Source of the DNA: Chryseobacterium gleum
GTDB lineage: Bacteria > Bacteroidota > Bacteroidia > Flavobacteriales_D > Sanyastnellaceae
Direction: 5' to 3'
DNA: 64,000 nucleotides
Assembly: GCA_945878635.1 (NCBI GenBank)
Contig: CAMCTV010000001.1
Location: 11,123 to 75,122 of the forward strand
Part shown: positions 16,750 to 26,417 of the stretch, piece by piece
Layout of the letters: every line of letters starts with the position of its first letter
How positions within the stretch are numbered: position 1 is the first letter of the stretch
Notes under the pieces: model-generated
What the model saw: only the letters and a program-made list of their open reading frames with translations
Database searches by the model: none
Told to the model about the DNA's origin: nothing
Made by a program: the position numbers and the translations under genes

Positions 16750-17401
16750 GTCTCTCCTTATAGCGCGCTATATCGACTTCCTTTTTTAACAAAGCAATAT
16801 CTTCAATGATGCTTTGCATATGATACTCCGTGTTCCCATATAAGCCTCTGATATGACCCTCTGTATCCACCAATCTGAATCTGGCTTCATTGGACAAATC
16901 TTGAATAAAAAAGCTGTGCTTTTCAATGATTTTGACAACAGAATCATCAGCCATTAAAAATTTCCACTTACCATCAAATTTATTGTACTTGGTTAAACCC
17001 TTGAGATAGGCTTGCACTTGATCTTTGCTCAAGGAGTCTGGCTTTCTAGAAATCACTACCAACCCAATATCCGGTTCATTGCGGTACTTGAAATTGACAT
17101 TGAGCAGTCGCTCTGTGATTTTACCAATGTGCGCATCCGACAGGTCATAAAAGCAAGCCAACCATACTTTCCCTTTCAGTGCATTCAACTCAAAAGGTTG
17201 AAAGTTTTCATCCATCAGAATGGCATTGGAAACTTTGTGCTCCAAATGCACGGTATCGCCCTCCAAATGTGTTGCATCGAAATAAGGCAATGTATTGAAA
17301 TGGTGTTTTCCCATTACCCCGAAAAATATTACCCAAATGAGTGGAAATAAAAAAAGTACACCGATGAGTAAGGTGTACTTTTTCCAATTAGATGCTTTCA
17401 T
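16736..17401 (-). CDS. SCO-like paralog lacking the CxxxC copper site
   Basis: Collinear with the neighbouring SCO protein (LPYF/LPFL, GDTV, KGKVWLACFY/KGKVFVAEFF, HIRGLY/HIRGYY), but the CxxxCP position reads LSDAHIG. Confidence 0.6.
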   Translation of the reverse strand: MKASNWKKYTLLIGVLFLFPLIWVIFFGVMGKHHFNTLPYFDATHLEGDTVHLEHKVSNAILMDENFQPFELNALKGKVWLACFYDLSDAHIGKITERLLNVNFKYRNEPDIGLVVISRKPDSLSKDQVQAYLKGLTKYNKFDGKWKFLMADDSVVKIIEKHSFFIQDLSNEARFRLVDTEGHIRGLYGNTEYHMQSIIEDIALLKKEVDIARYKERHAAE

Positions 17402-17414
17402 GCTTATTAAACCA

Positions 17415-17792
17415 CTATCTCCAAGTTGAGTTCAATTCTTGAAAAGAAACTCCTTCATAAAGACCGATAAAAATCAAATAAAGGATGAATAAAGCATAGG
17501 GAAGTAAAACCACGTACTTCAAGCTTTTCTTTTCATCACCCAAGTGCATAAAAATCAAAACAATATAAGCAGCTTTAACCAAAGTCAAAACGATAAAGCC
17601 TAACTTGATGGTTTCCCAAGTTACCGTACCATTGCGTTTGAAGAAAACGCCCATAAACACTTCAATGATTGTAATCACTGTCAATAAAACAGTGACATTG
17701 TACAATTTTTTACGTATTGCCTTACCCTCCTCATTCGTATGGGAGTTGTTAATAGCGTAACTGTCGTTTACAATTAAATCGTCTCTTTCCAT
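17415..17792 (-). CDS. Cytochrome c oxidase subunit IV (prokaryotic COX4 family)
   Basis: Three TM helices, 'VKAAYIVLIFMHLG' motif, position after cox3. Confidence 0.7.
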   Translation of the reverse strand: MERDDLIVNDSYAINNSHTNEEGKAIRKKLYNVTVLLTVITIIEVFMGVFFKRNGTVTWETIKLGFIVLTLVKAAYIVLIFMHLGDEKKSLKYVVLLPYALFILYLIFIGLYEGVSFQELNSTWR

Positions 17793-17802
17793 GATCTTAT
17801 GA

Positions 17803-18843
17803 TTATACTAAATAGAAGAATGTAAATACAAATACCCAAACCAAGTCAACAAAGTGCCAATACAAACCAATCTTCTCGATGGTTTCATAATGACCTCTTC
17901 TGTCAAACTCACCGCCCAAAGCCATTAACCAAACAATGATGTTGATGACCACTCCTGAGAATACGTGGAAACCGTGGAAACCAGTAACGAAGAAGAAGAA
18001 GTTCGCGTACTGCTGTTGAACAGCATACTCATTTTTGTGCATGTTGGCACCAAACACAACAGTCTCGTTGGCTTTGGCTTCCCACAACTTTTTGCAATCC
18101 TCACCGGTTACCTTCACCTTGCGGATGTCTTTATCATCCTTAAGCTCTAAAACGTACTTGTTTAGGATAAGTGCTTCAGGGTGCATACTAGCGGCATCCA
18201 CATGGGCCTCTGCTGCAACTTCTGAACCATGCGCTGCGTGTGCATCATGTCCATGAGCATCTGCGGCTGGGGCAGCGTGGCCGCCTTCCAATGCATGCTC
18301 ATAAGCATGACCGAATTCAGACTCCATGTGCACCCAATTTCCTGCATTTAATGTCATTTGAACCTTTTCACCATTTTCCATTTCACCGGTAACAGTTAAA
18401 GATTTATTCACTTGGAATCCACCACCGGAACCGTGAATAAAGTGAGACCACTCCCAAGCTTGAGAACCCAAGAAAAAGAATCCACCAATGATGGTGTATC
18501 CCAACCACTTGATAACACCAGCTTTGTCTCTTCTGTGTCCTGCTTCTACAGCCAACACCATGGTTACTGAGGAGATGATCAAAATAAAAGTCATCAATGC
18601 CACGTACATCAGAGGATACGAACCGTGCAAAAAAGGCAACGATTCAAATACCTGCTCACCAACGGGCCAGGGATCAGCGCTGGCGTGTCGAATTACGCCG
18701 TAAGCAGTCAAAAGTCCTCCAAATGTCAATGCGTCTGATACTAAGAAGTACCACATCATCATCTTACCGTAAGAAACACCAAATGGTGAGGCATTACCAC
18801 CCCACATTTCGCCTTTAGTTAAATTTTGTGTATGTCCAGCCAT
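17803..18843 (-). CDS. Cytochrome c oxidase subunit III with large internal insertion
   Basis: 'FFFVTGFHGFHVFSG' and 'GLYWHFVDLVWVFVF' Cox3 signatures. About 110 extra residues lie between helices, including a His/Ala-rich stretch. Confidence 0.85.
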   Translation of the reverse strand: MAGHTQNLTKGEMWGGNASPFGVSYGKMMMWYFLVSDALTFGGLLTAYGVIRHASADPWPVGEQVFESLPFLHGSYPLMYVALMTFILIISSVTMVLAVEAGHRRDKAGVIKWLGYTIIGGFFFLGSQAWEWSHFIHGSGGGFQVNKSLTVTGEMENGEKVQMTLNAGNWVHMESEFGHAYEHALEGGHAAPAADAHGHDAHAAHGSEVAAEAHVDAASMHPEALILNKYVLELKDDKDIRKVKVTGEDCKKLWEAKANETVVFGANMHKNEYAVQQQYANFFFFVTGFHGFHVFSGVVINIIVWLMALGGEFDRRGHYETIEKIGLYWHFVDLVWVFVFTFFYLV

Positions 18844-18882
18844 GGTTTATGGTTTTCGGTTGCAATGTTAAGCATAAATCCA

Positions 18883-18922
18883 TAAAAAAAGAAAACCCTT
18901 GATGAATTTAATCAAGGGTTTT
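18883..18922 (-). terminator. Intrinsic-terminator-like hairpin between the two cox3-family genes
   Basis: Perfect 12-bp stem AAAACCCTTGAT / ATCAAGGGTTTT (18892-18903 / 18911-18922) with a 7-nt loop. On the minus strand it is followed by CTTTTTTTA. Confidence 0.6.
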
Positions 18923-18948
18923 TCCACGTTGATATGCTCAAGAAATAT

Positions 18949-19737
18949 TTAGTAGATGAAAAATAGAAAGGCAAACAAATAAATCCACAAGACACCCATG
19001 AAATGCCAATACATTCCATTCGCATAAAGGGACATGTAATTCTCCTGACTTAAAGCACCTATTCTCAAACGGTTAAGATTAACAGCAAGGTAAATCAATC
19101 CAAAAAATAAGTGAATCAAATGCACATAAACCAATATGCTGATCAATGCTCCTGAGGCATTAAAAGTGGACATTACTTCAGTGGTTTTGGGTTGCGTATG
19201 ATTAACATCAGAATCAGCGTAAAACTCTCCATTCCACAATACCAATGGTGCATTACGGTATTCTATCCAATAATCAACACCGTATTCCCCTGTGAATTTA
19301 CCCAATGGATTCCACTTGTAGGACTTCAACCCTTGCTCATTCTGTGTAATGGTGTATCCCATTCCTTTATCTTTCAGTCCTGCCCATCCTGACATCTGAG
19401 TAATTGTAAATACAATCCCAAGAACCAATGTTGAAAAGACGCCAATCATCGCATTTTTTACACTACCGGATTTCAAAGATCGCACTGCCCAATATATGGT
19501 TGCACTCGATACAACCACAGATGCAATACTCAACCAAAAAGCAGTGGGTACATGAACATGCATCCACATCAATTTGCCTTTTAATACAATCAACGCACTG
19601 GTTACACCCCCAAAGAGCATTACCACTGCAAAGATGATAAACCACATCATCATCTTCTTGGTTCTCAATTTGACTTCTGGGGTAACAGAATCAAAAACAT
19701 CCATTTCCCCATTTTTTATTACGTCTTCCATTTTCAA
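18949..19737 (-). CDS. Cytochrome c oxidase subunit III-family protein (second copy)
   Basis: Multi-TM protein ending in 'GMYWHFMGVLWIYLFAFLFF', analogous to the Cox3 C-terminal motif. Confidence 0.7.
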   Translation of the reverse strand: MKMEDVIKNGEMDVFDSVTPEVKLRTKKMMMWFIIFAVVMLFGGVTSALIVLKGKLMWMHVHVPTAFWLSIASVVVSSATIYWAVRSLKSGSVKNAMIGVFSTLVLGIVFTITQMSGWAGLKDKGMGYTITQNEQGLKSYKWNPLGKFTGEYGVDYWIEYRNAPLVLWNGEFYADSDVNHTQPKTTEVMSTFNASGALISILVYVHLIHLFFGLIYLAVNLNRLRIGALSQENYMSLYANGMYWHFMGVLWIYLFAFLFFIY

Positions 19738-19742
19738 GAATT

Positions 19743-20633
19743 TTATATTCGATTAAATACTTCCGCAAGTTGCACCACAGGTAGATAAACAAAAGAAGAA
19801 AACATCAAAGATTTTGCATCTTTTATTTCACAACTCTTAAATAGTCTGTATGCGTAATAAGACATCATGATTCCCATGAGTACGGAAACAATGGCTGCTA
19901 CGTCACCTACCATTGGCTGTTGAATGGGCAATGCCCATGGCAAAAGCGAAACAGGGATACAGAAAAGCGTGTAAATTAATATCTGAAATGCACTTCGCTT
20001 GCTTCTACCATCTTCAAACGGCAATAGCTTGTATCCCGCTCGAGCGTAATCATCCTGAAGAACCCATGCAATGGCCCAAAAGTGAGGAAACTGCCACATG
20101 AACTGAACCGCAAACAACATTCCTGCCTCCAAACCAAAATTACCTGTAGCCGCAACATAACCAATCATGGGAGGCAAGGCTCCAGGAATGGCTCCAACAA
20201 AAACAGCGATACTGGAAATTCTTTTCAAAGGTGTATACACAAAGACATAAAGCACAAATGCCGACAAACCCAATACGCCAGATGCCAAATTTAATCCGCC
20301 CCACAAAATCCCAACGCCAATGATTGCGGCCGATACTGAAAGAATAGTCGCCAATTTCAAGGTCATTCGATCCTGTGGTAGGGGCCTATTCATGGTGCGG
20401 TGCATCAACTTGTCCAACTCTATTTCCCAAACCTGATTCATTCCATTGGAACCTGCTGTCAAGAGAACTCCTCCAATAACCAAGAGGGATAATGCTTCCC
20501 AATCCCACACCTGCACGCCCATGCCGTATCCAGCAATGGCCGATACAATGACCAAAGAAGACAATCTCAATTTGAATAAGGTAGCGATGTCACGACCCAA
20601 AGAATGCTTCTGTACAATATTCTGTTCACTCAT
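19743..20633 (-). CDS. ctaB: Protoheme IX farnesyltransferase (heme O synthase)
   Basis: UbiA-family motifs 'NQVWEIELDKLMHRTMNRPLP', 'YTPLKR'. I prefer ATG 20633 (MSEQN) over the GTG at 20642 because 20642-20649 is a TAnnTTTG box on this strand. Confidence 0.9.
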   Translation of the reverse strand: MSEQNIVQKHSLGRDIATLFKLRLSSLVIVSAIAGYGMGVQVWDWEALSLLVIGGVLLTAGSNGMNQVWEIELDKLMHRTMNRPLPQDRMTLKLATILSVSAAIIGVGILWGGLNLASGVLGLSAFVLYVFVYTPLKRISSIAVFVGAIPGALPPMIGYVAATGNFGLEAGMLFAVQFMWQFPHFWAIAWVLQDDYARAGYKLLPFEDGRSKRSAFQILIYTLFCIPVSLLPWALPIQQPMVGDVAAIVSVLMGIMMSYYAYRLFKSCEIKDAKSLMFSSFVYLPVVQLAEVFNRI

Positions 20634-20641
20634 GAAGGCCA

Positions 20642-20649
20642 CAAAAGTA
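20642..20649 (-). promoter_or_regulatory. Candidate -7 box TACTTTTG upstream of ctaB
   Basis: Plus strand CAAAAGTA is TACTTTTG on the minus strand, 8 nt before ATG 20633. Confidence 0.3.
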
Positions 20650-20688
20650 CAGTCAAAAAAGCCTCATTGTATGCCGTTGCTATCCTTT

Positions 20689-20835
20689 TCAGGCATCATT
20701 TTTAGAAGCCCGTCTGCACCGCTCACTGCAGTACTTTACCTGATCCCAATCCCGTTCCCATTTTTTCCGCCAAGCAAAAGGCTTTTGGCATACTTGACAG
20801 ACTTTTTCAGGCAGGTGTAATTTTTTATGCGCCAT
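20689..20835 (-). CDS. DUF2256-type zinc-ribbon protein
   Basis: [42 protein letters not shown] has the CxxC...CxxxC pattern and length typical of DUF2256. It overlaps the trmH-like stop by 11 nt. Confidence 0.65.
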   Translation of the reverse strand: MAHKKLHLPEKVCQVCQKPFAWRKKWERDWDQVKYCSERCRRASKNDA

Positions 20836-21382
20836 TGCCTTTTCTCCACAAATGAACCCAATGATGAATGGCCATTCCTCCACTAACCGCCACATTCATG
20901 CTGTGTTTGGTTCCAAATTGTCTTATTTCCCAGCAAGCATCACAAAGCCTTATTGCTTCTTCACTCACTCCGGAAACTTCATTCCCAACCACAAGGGCTG
21001 TTGGTTCTGCTATTTCATTAACATCATCCATAAATATGGATCCGTGAACTTGCTCCAATCCAATGATTCGATAACCCCTGGATTTCAATTCTTCCAAAGC
21101 ATCTGAAATGGAATCAAAATGCTTCCAAAACACACTCTCAGTAGAACCCAATGCCGTTTTCAAAATCTCCCGATGCGGGGGTATAGGGGTATATCCGATA
21201 CAATACACAGCTTCTATTCCCATTGCATCGGCAGTTCTAAAAAAACTACCGACATTCAAACCACTTCTCAATTGATCTAAAACCAAAACCAAAGGGAATT
21301 TATCTTGACTCCTAAAAACATCAGCGTCTACCCGTTCAAGTTCCGCCATTTCTTTCTTGATGAATTCTTGCATCATCTCCAT
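20825..21382 (-). CDS. SpoU/TrmH-family RNA 2'-O-methyltransferase
   Basis: '[23 protein letters not shown]', '[14 protein letters not shown]', '[17 protein letters not shown]'. Start among ATGs 21373-21382 next to the sppA stop. Confidence 0.8.
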   Translation of the reverse strand: MEMMQEFIKKEMAELERVDADVFRSQDKFPLVLVLDQLRSGLNVGSFFRTADAMGIEAVYCIGYTPIPPHREILKTALGSTESVFWKHFDSISDALEELKSRGYRIIGLEQVHGSIFMDDVNEIAEPTALVVGNEVSGVSEEAIRLCDACWEIRQFGTKHSMNVAVSGGMAIHHWVHLWRKGNGA

Positions 21383-23157
21383 GACCAAACCATTGGCAAT
21401 TGTGCATATACTCCCGGATGGTCCATCATATTCTTCATTTGCTTCCAAACTGGATAATGCGAACCGGACATCTCCTTTAACATCAAGTCAGACTTGGCTT
21501 CTGATACATCATTGAACAATGCTTCAAAAGGATCCTGCATTTCGGGCAATACCTTAACATTGTCCTTTAATTCAACACCAAGCTCACTTGCTGCATAATT
21601 CAAAGCATCTGACAATCCGCCCATTTCATCAACCAAACCCAGTTTCTTTGCATCTAATCCTGTCCAAACACGACCCCTTGCAACGCTGTCCACTTGGTTA
21701 ACAGTCATTTTTCTTCCTTGGGATACCCTAAGCAAAAAATCATCATAAATCTGCACAATCATTTCATTCATGCGCTGCATTTCAAAATCATCAAACGGTT
21801 TACTTACACTGAAGAAATCAGCATGGGGGTGCGTTTCATAACGATCAAAAGTAATTCCCAACTTGTGGTCCAACATGTTCTGTAAATTGGGTATGATTCC
21901 AAATACACCAATGCTTCCTGTTATGGTCTGGGGATTGGCAAAAATCTTATCCGCAGAACACGAAATGTAATACCCGCCTGAAGCGGCATAATCACCCATG
22001 CTCACAATCAATTTCTTTCCAGCCTGTTTAATCAATTCTGTTTCTCGCCATATCACATCTGAGGCCAATGCACTTCCTCCTGGTGAGTTGACTCTTAATA
22101 CAACAGCTTTTACATTCTCGTCCATTCTTGCTTTTCTCAAAGCACTGGCAATTCTATCACTTCCTATAACATCATCTGAACCTTTGCCTGATTGAATTTC
22201 ACCCACTGCGTAAACCAAAGCAATTGAGGCATGATCTGCTGGCATCTCAGCAACAGGATCTCGCTTTAAATCATGATAATCTGCGTAGTCTATCTTGGGC
22301 ATCTTGTCCGTTAAAGCCATTCCCAACTTCTCATTGACCAAAGCCATCATCTCGTCGTAATGCTTCAATCCGTCTATAACACCATCCTCAACAGCGTTTT
22401 TGGGGTTAACGTACCGCAATTCCGTGGCCGCAGCATTTAACTTCTGCGCATCTAAGTTTCTGGATTTTACAATCGCTCCAATCATTTCTCCCCAAACACC
22501 GTCCATAATACCCTTCATTTGTTCCTTGTTGGGCTCAGACATTTTTTCATACAAAAATGGCTCAACTGCACTCTTATACTTATTGTCCCTACCGCGAATA
22601 ACTTGTGCATCCACTTCTAAATTGTCCAATAATTTTTTAAAGAACATTACCTCTGCATTCAGTCCAGTCCAAGTAAACATTCCTGTTGGATACATATACA
22701 CTTCATTGGCTGCAGAAGCAATATAATAATCGGCCTGGGTATAATTTTCACCGTAGGCCAATACCCATTTGCCTGAACTCTTAAAATTATCAATCAAAGT
22801 TCTCAAATCTTTCAAAGTACTAGGAGCGCCGCTAACACCGCCTAACATTAACAATACCCCTCCAATCTTTTCATCTTGTGCGGCGTATTCCAAATCGCGT
22901 TTTAAAAAATCCAAATAAAGCTCATCCTTTTTCTGAAATGAATTGAAATCAAAGTTTAATCCGTTGTCATTGCCCCTCTCAAGAACCGGCTTGTTCAAAT
23001 TAATTTGGAGCACACTTGTTTTCTCTATGGGCTCAGCGCTTCCACCAGATGAAACGGCAATCAACCCAATAACGAATAAAACAAAAATAATTCCCGCTAC
23101 AAAAAAAGCAATTAATGTTCCCAATGCCGAAGCCAAAAGCGTTTTTCCAAATCCCAT
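21373..23157 (-). CDS. sppA: Signal peptide peptidase SppA, 67K (tandem-domain) type
   Basis: N-terminal TM and two ClpP-like halves, with 'MGDYAASGGYYISCSADKIFANP' carrying the catalytic Ser. Confidence 0.9.
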   Translation of the reverse strand: MGFGKTLLASALGTLIAFFVAGIIFVLFVIGLIAVSSGGSAEPIEKTSVLQINLNKPVLERGNDNGLNFDFNSFQKKDELYLDFLKRDLEYAAQDEKIGGVLLMLGGVSGAPSTLKDLRTLIDNFKSSGKWVLAYGENYTQADYYIASAANEVYMYPTGMFTWTGLNAEVMFFKKLLDNLEVDAQVIRGRDNKYKSAVEPFLYEKMSEPNKEQMKGIMDGVWGEMIGAIVKSRNLDAQKLNAAATELRYVNPKNAVEDGVIDGLKHYDEMMALVNEKLGMALTDKMPKIDYADYHDLKRDPVAEMPADHASIALVYAVGEIQSGKGSDDVIGSDRIASALRKARMDENVKAVVLRVNSPGGSALASDVIWRETELIKQAGKKLIVSMGDYAASGGYYISCSADKIFANPQTITGSIGVFGIIPNLQNMLDHKLGITFDRYETHPHADFFSVSKPFDDFEMQRMNEMIVQIYDDFLLRVSQGRKMTVNQVDSVARGRVWTGLDAKKLGLVDEMGGLSDALNYAASELGVELKDNVKVLPEMQDPFEALFNDVSEAKSDLMLKEMSGSHYPVWKQMKNMMDHPGVYAQLPMVWSWR

Positions 23158-23221
23158 AAATTCGATTTTAATGCTACGAATCTAAATCGTTTTTCAGCTA
23201 TTTGGTGCTACTTTCGTAACC

Positions 23222-23710
23222 ATGATGGAGGAATTGGTTTTTTTTAGCATAGGAGGTAATTTGGGAGATCGAATGGCACTTCTTGAGGAGACTTATGATT
23301 TTATAGATTTCAATATTGGGGACATTCTAATGAAATCTAAAATATATGAGACCGCTGCTTGGGGAATGGATGTTGATACACCCCCTTTTCTCAATCAAAT
23401 TTTAGGAGTGAAAACCACGATGACTTTGTCTCAAATTGAAAAAGAGATTCAAGAGATTGATGAGTATTACGGTAGGCAACGCGTTGGGGACGGTTACCAC
23501 AATCGTGAAATGGATGTTGATGTACTATATTACAAAAATGAAACACATGAATTGCCATTGGTTGTTCCCCATGGAAAAATAGCAGAAAGGGCTTTCATCC
23601 TTCATCCTTTGGCTGAAATTGCCCCTGATTTAAGGCATCCAACTACAGGACTAACCAGCACGGAAATGCTAAAGAAATGCACTGATCTTTCCGCAGTAAA
23701 AGTTTTATGA
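23222..23710 (+). CDS. folK: 2-amino-4-hydroxy-6-hydroxymethyldihydropteridine diphosphokinase
   Basis: 'IGGNLGDR', 'YETAAWG', 'REMDVDVLYY', 'VVPHGKIAERAFILHPLAEI'. Confidence 0.9.
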   Translation: MMEELVFFSIGGNLGDRMALLEETYDFIDFNIGDILMKSKIYETAAWGMDVDTPPFLNQILGVKTTMTLSQIEKEIQEIDEYYGRQRVGDGYHNREMDVDVLYYKNETHELPLVVPHGKIAERAFILHPLAEIAPDLRHPTTGLTSTEMLKKCTDLSAVKVL

Positions 23711-24363
23711 ACATTTGTCCCTATCAATATTTGGTGATTGAAGGGAACATCGGTTCCGGCAAAACTTCTTTGGCTCAAATACTTTCGCAAGATTGGAACA
23801 CTTCACTTGTTTTAGAGGAATTTACTGACAACCCCTTCCTTGCCAAGTTCTATGAATCTGCTGATCGTTATGCATTTCCGCTAGAACTAAGTTTTCTTTC
23901 CGAAAGATTTGCCCAGCTCAAAAAAGAAGTCAACCGCGATATTTTTCAACCCAGAGTTATTGCCGATTATTTCATCTCCAAATGTCAAATTTTCGCTTCC
24001 AATAATCTAAAGGATGATGAATGGCAATTGTTCAATAAAATGTTTGACATTGTTTCCAATAGCCTCCCCCAACCAGAAATCATCGTTTATCTCTATGTTA
24101 ATACAGACAGATTGCAGGAAAACATCAAAAAAAGAGGTAGAAGCTACGAACAAAAAATCAGCGACCAATATTTGAACAACATTCAATCCCAATATCTTCA
24201 GTACTTTCAACAGCATCCGGAGTTAACCATTCTTATGTTGGACACCTCTGAAATTGATTTTATTGCCGAACCCAACTGGATTCAAATCATTAAAAAGTAC
24301 ATTGTACAAAAATACAAACCAGGGATACATCGAATTATGATTTCCCAAACCGAAAAGGCATGA
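23707..24363 (+). CDS. Deoxynucleoside kinase
   Basis: P-loop 'IEGNIGSGKTSLAQIL', 'FLSERF', dNK-family length. ATGA overlap with folK. Confidence 0.85.
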   Translation: MNICPYQYLVIEGNIGSGKTSLAQILSQDWNTSLVLEEFTDNPFLAKFYESADRYAFPLELSFLSERFAQLKKEVNRDIFQPRVIADYFISKCQIFASNNLKDDEWQLFNKMFDIVSNSLPQPEIIVYLYVNTDRLQENIKKRGRSYEQKISDQYLNNIQSQYLQYFQQHPELTILMLDTSEIDFIAEPNWIQIIKKYIVQKYKPGIHRIMISQTEKA

Positions 24364-25658
24364 ATAACTTACCATTCAACACTTTTGAATTAGAACAATA
24401 TTTTGACCGGCTTTGGCCCATCTGCAGAAGCATCAGTGGAAATGGGCTCAGATCTTCATTCAACATTCTTCAAGAGATTATTCCCTTGTCTTTAAAAGAG
24501 TATCCTACAGGAACGCAGGTCTATGACTGGGAAATTCCAAAAGAATGGAACATAGAAGATGCCTACATCATCGATCCAGAAGGAAAAAAAATATGTGATT
24601 TTTCGCAAAATAACCTGCATATTGTCAATTACAGCATTCCTTTTGAAGGTGAACTCTCCTTTGAGGAATTGCGAACTCATCTGTTCACCATTGAAAACCA
24701 ACCCGACGCCATTCCATACATTACATCCTATTACAAGGAGACTTGGGGGTTTTGTATCAGTTGGAATGAGTTGCAAAAACTACCCAAATCAGGAAATTAC
24801 AAAGTTGTCATTAAAAGCAAACTAGAACCAGGAGCCATCACCGTTGGAAGCGCTTTATTAAAAGGAGAAACAAATCAAGAAATCCTATTGTCCACTTATC
24901 TGTGTCACCCCAGCATGGCCAATAATGAGCTCAGCGGACCATTGTGCATGGCCTTTCTATACAAAGCGTTGGCTGCAATTCCCAATCGGCGATATACTTA
25001 TCGCTTTGTCATGGCGCCTGAAACCATTGGTGTCATTGCTTATTTGTCGGACCATGGAGAAGCAATGAAAAAAAATACTGTGGCTGGTTATGTTTTGACA
25101 TGCTGCGGAGATGAGGCTCCTTTTGTTTTTAAACAATCAAAAAACCCTAGTGGTTTTCTCGAAAAGTGCACAGAACACGCATTGAGTCATTCCGAATTGA
25201 CATACACCACCATTCCCTTTGCTGTAGGGGGTTCTGATGAAAGGCAGTATTGCTCACCGGGCTTCAACTTGCCGGTTGGATCCATCACCCGATCCATGTA
25301 TCACAGATACAAGGAATACCACACCTCATTGGACAATAAATCCTTTGTCTCTTTTGAGGCCATGGCAAAAACAATAAAAACCTATTATCAATGCATTCAG
25401 ACCATGGAACAAAATATCACTCCAGTGTGCTTGGTTCCCTATGGTGAGCCCAGAATGGGAAAAAGAAATCTTTTACCTTCATCCATTGAACCCAATGACA
25501 AAAGGCGAAAAGACATCGATAGAATGTTCCACCTTATTTCTTGGGCAGATGGTGAACATGATTTGATTTCCATCGCCGAAAAAAGGAATGAAAGCATAGG
25601 AGATTATCAATCCATCTTAAAACGATTGATAGATGAAAAATTGATCGCTGTGAAATGA
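24360..25658 (+). CDS. Aminopeptidase-like DUF2172/DUF4910 protein with C-terminal winged-helix
   Basis: 'FDRLWPICRSISGNGLRSS', 'HPSMANNELSGP', 'GGSDERQY'. This family is usually found in sugar/polysaccharide loci. Confidence 0.65.
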   Translation: MNNLPFNTFELEQYFDRLWPICRSISGNGLRSSFNILQEIIPLSLKEYPTGTQVYDWEIPKEWNIEDAYIIDPEGKKICDFSQNNLHIVNYSIPFEGELSFEELRTHLFTIENQPDAIPYITSYYKETWGFCISWNELQKLPKSGNYKVVIKSKLEPGAITVGSALLKGETNQEILLSTYLCHPSMANNELSGPLCMAFLYKALAAIPNRRYTYRFVMAPETIGVIAYLSDHGEAMKKNTVAGYVLTCCGDEAPFVFKQSKNPSGFLEKCTEHALSHSELTYTTIPFAVGGSDERQYCSPGFNLPVGSITRSMYHRYKEYHTSLDNKSFVSFEAMAKTIKTYYQCIQTMEQNITPVCLVPYGEPRMGKRNLLPSSIEPNDKRRKDIDRMFHLISWADGEHDLISIAEKRNESIGDYQSILKRLIDEKLIAVK

Positions 25659-26416
25659 GTTCAGGAGTTACCATTGTCATACAGGCCCGCATGGGGTCAT
25701 CTCGGTTACCGGGTAAAATGCTGATGCCCTTGCACCAAGAAAAGTCATTGCTTTATTGGCTTATTGAGCGTATAAAACAAAATCATTCTACACAAAATAT
25801 TGTCGTTGCCACCTCGGAACATCACCAAGATGATCCCATAAAAGCAGAATGTGACACCTTGGGAATAGCTTGTTTTAGAGGCAGTGAATGGGACGTGCTG
25901 AGTAGATTTTATCAAGCGGCTCAGTTGTTCTCCAATCCACTTGTCATGCGCATCTGCGGCGACTCTCCATTGATATCTGGAGAAATTATCGACTTTGCCG
26001 TGCAGCAATTTCAAGAAAGAAATACAGACTACTTCTCCAACGGAAATGAACCTCCACACTTTGCTGAAGATGGATTCTGCGTTGAACTTTTTTACAACAA
26101 AGATTTAAAAGATGCATTTGATAATGCCGTCTGGCTGAGTGAAAGGGAACATGTCACTCCATACATTAAGAAAAATAGCACATTAAAAAAGGCTTGGCAA
26201 CAATTCCGAAAAGAATACTGCTACAAGCTCTCTGTAGATACTCCAGAAGACTTTGATCAAGTTGTCTGGTTATTTTCAAAAATGACAAACCCTTTAACCT
26301 CGGGGATGGACGAGATACTTCAGATCATTGCTGACCATCCAGAAAAATTCAGCATTACCGGCAAGCTGAATGAGGGGTATCAAAAAAGCATACAAGAAGA
26401 TCGTAAAGTGAAGTAA
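25655..26416 (+). CDS. SpsF-like cytidylyltransferase (acylneuraminate cytidylyltransferase family)
   Basis: 'IVIQARMGSSRLPGKMLMPL', 'ICGDSPLI' and the C-terminal 'SVDTPEDF' motif. Confidence 0.7.
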   Translation: MSSGVTIVIQARMGSSRLPGKMLMPLHQEKSLLYWLIERIKQNHSTQNIVVATSEHHQDDPIKAECDTLGIACFRGSEWDVLSRFYQAAQLFSNPLVMRICGDSPLISGEIIDFAVQQFQERNTDYFSNGNEPPHFAEDGFCVELFYNKDLKDAFDNAVWLSEREHVTPYIKKNSTLKKAWQQFRKEYCYKLSVDTPEDFDQVVWLFSKMTNPLTSGMDEILQIIADHPEKFSITGKLNEGYQKSIQEDRKVK

Positions 26417-26417
26417 A

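Noticed and set aside
20689-20835. DUF2256 zinc-ribbon gene overlapping the trmH-like stop as something unusual
   Set aside because: It is a small conserved family with a standard CxxC...CxxxC pattern. The 11-nt overlap fits the general compaction of the region, and nothing distinctive was seen.
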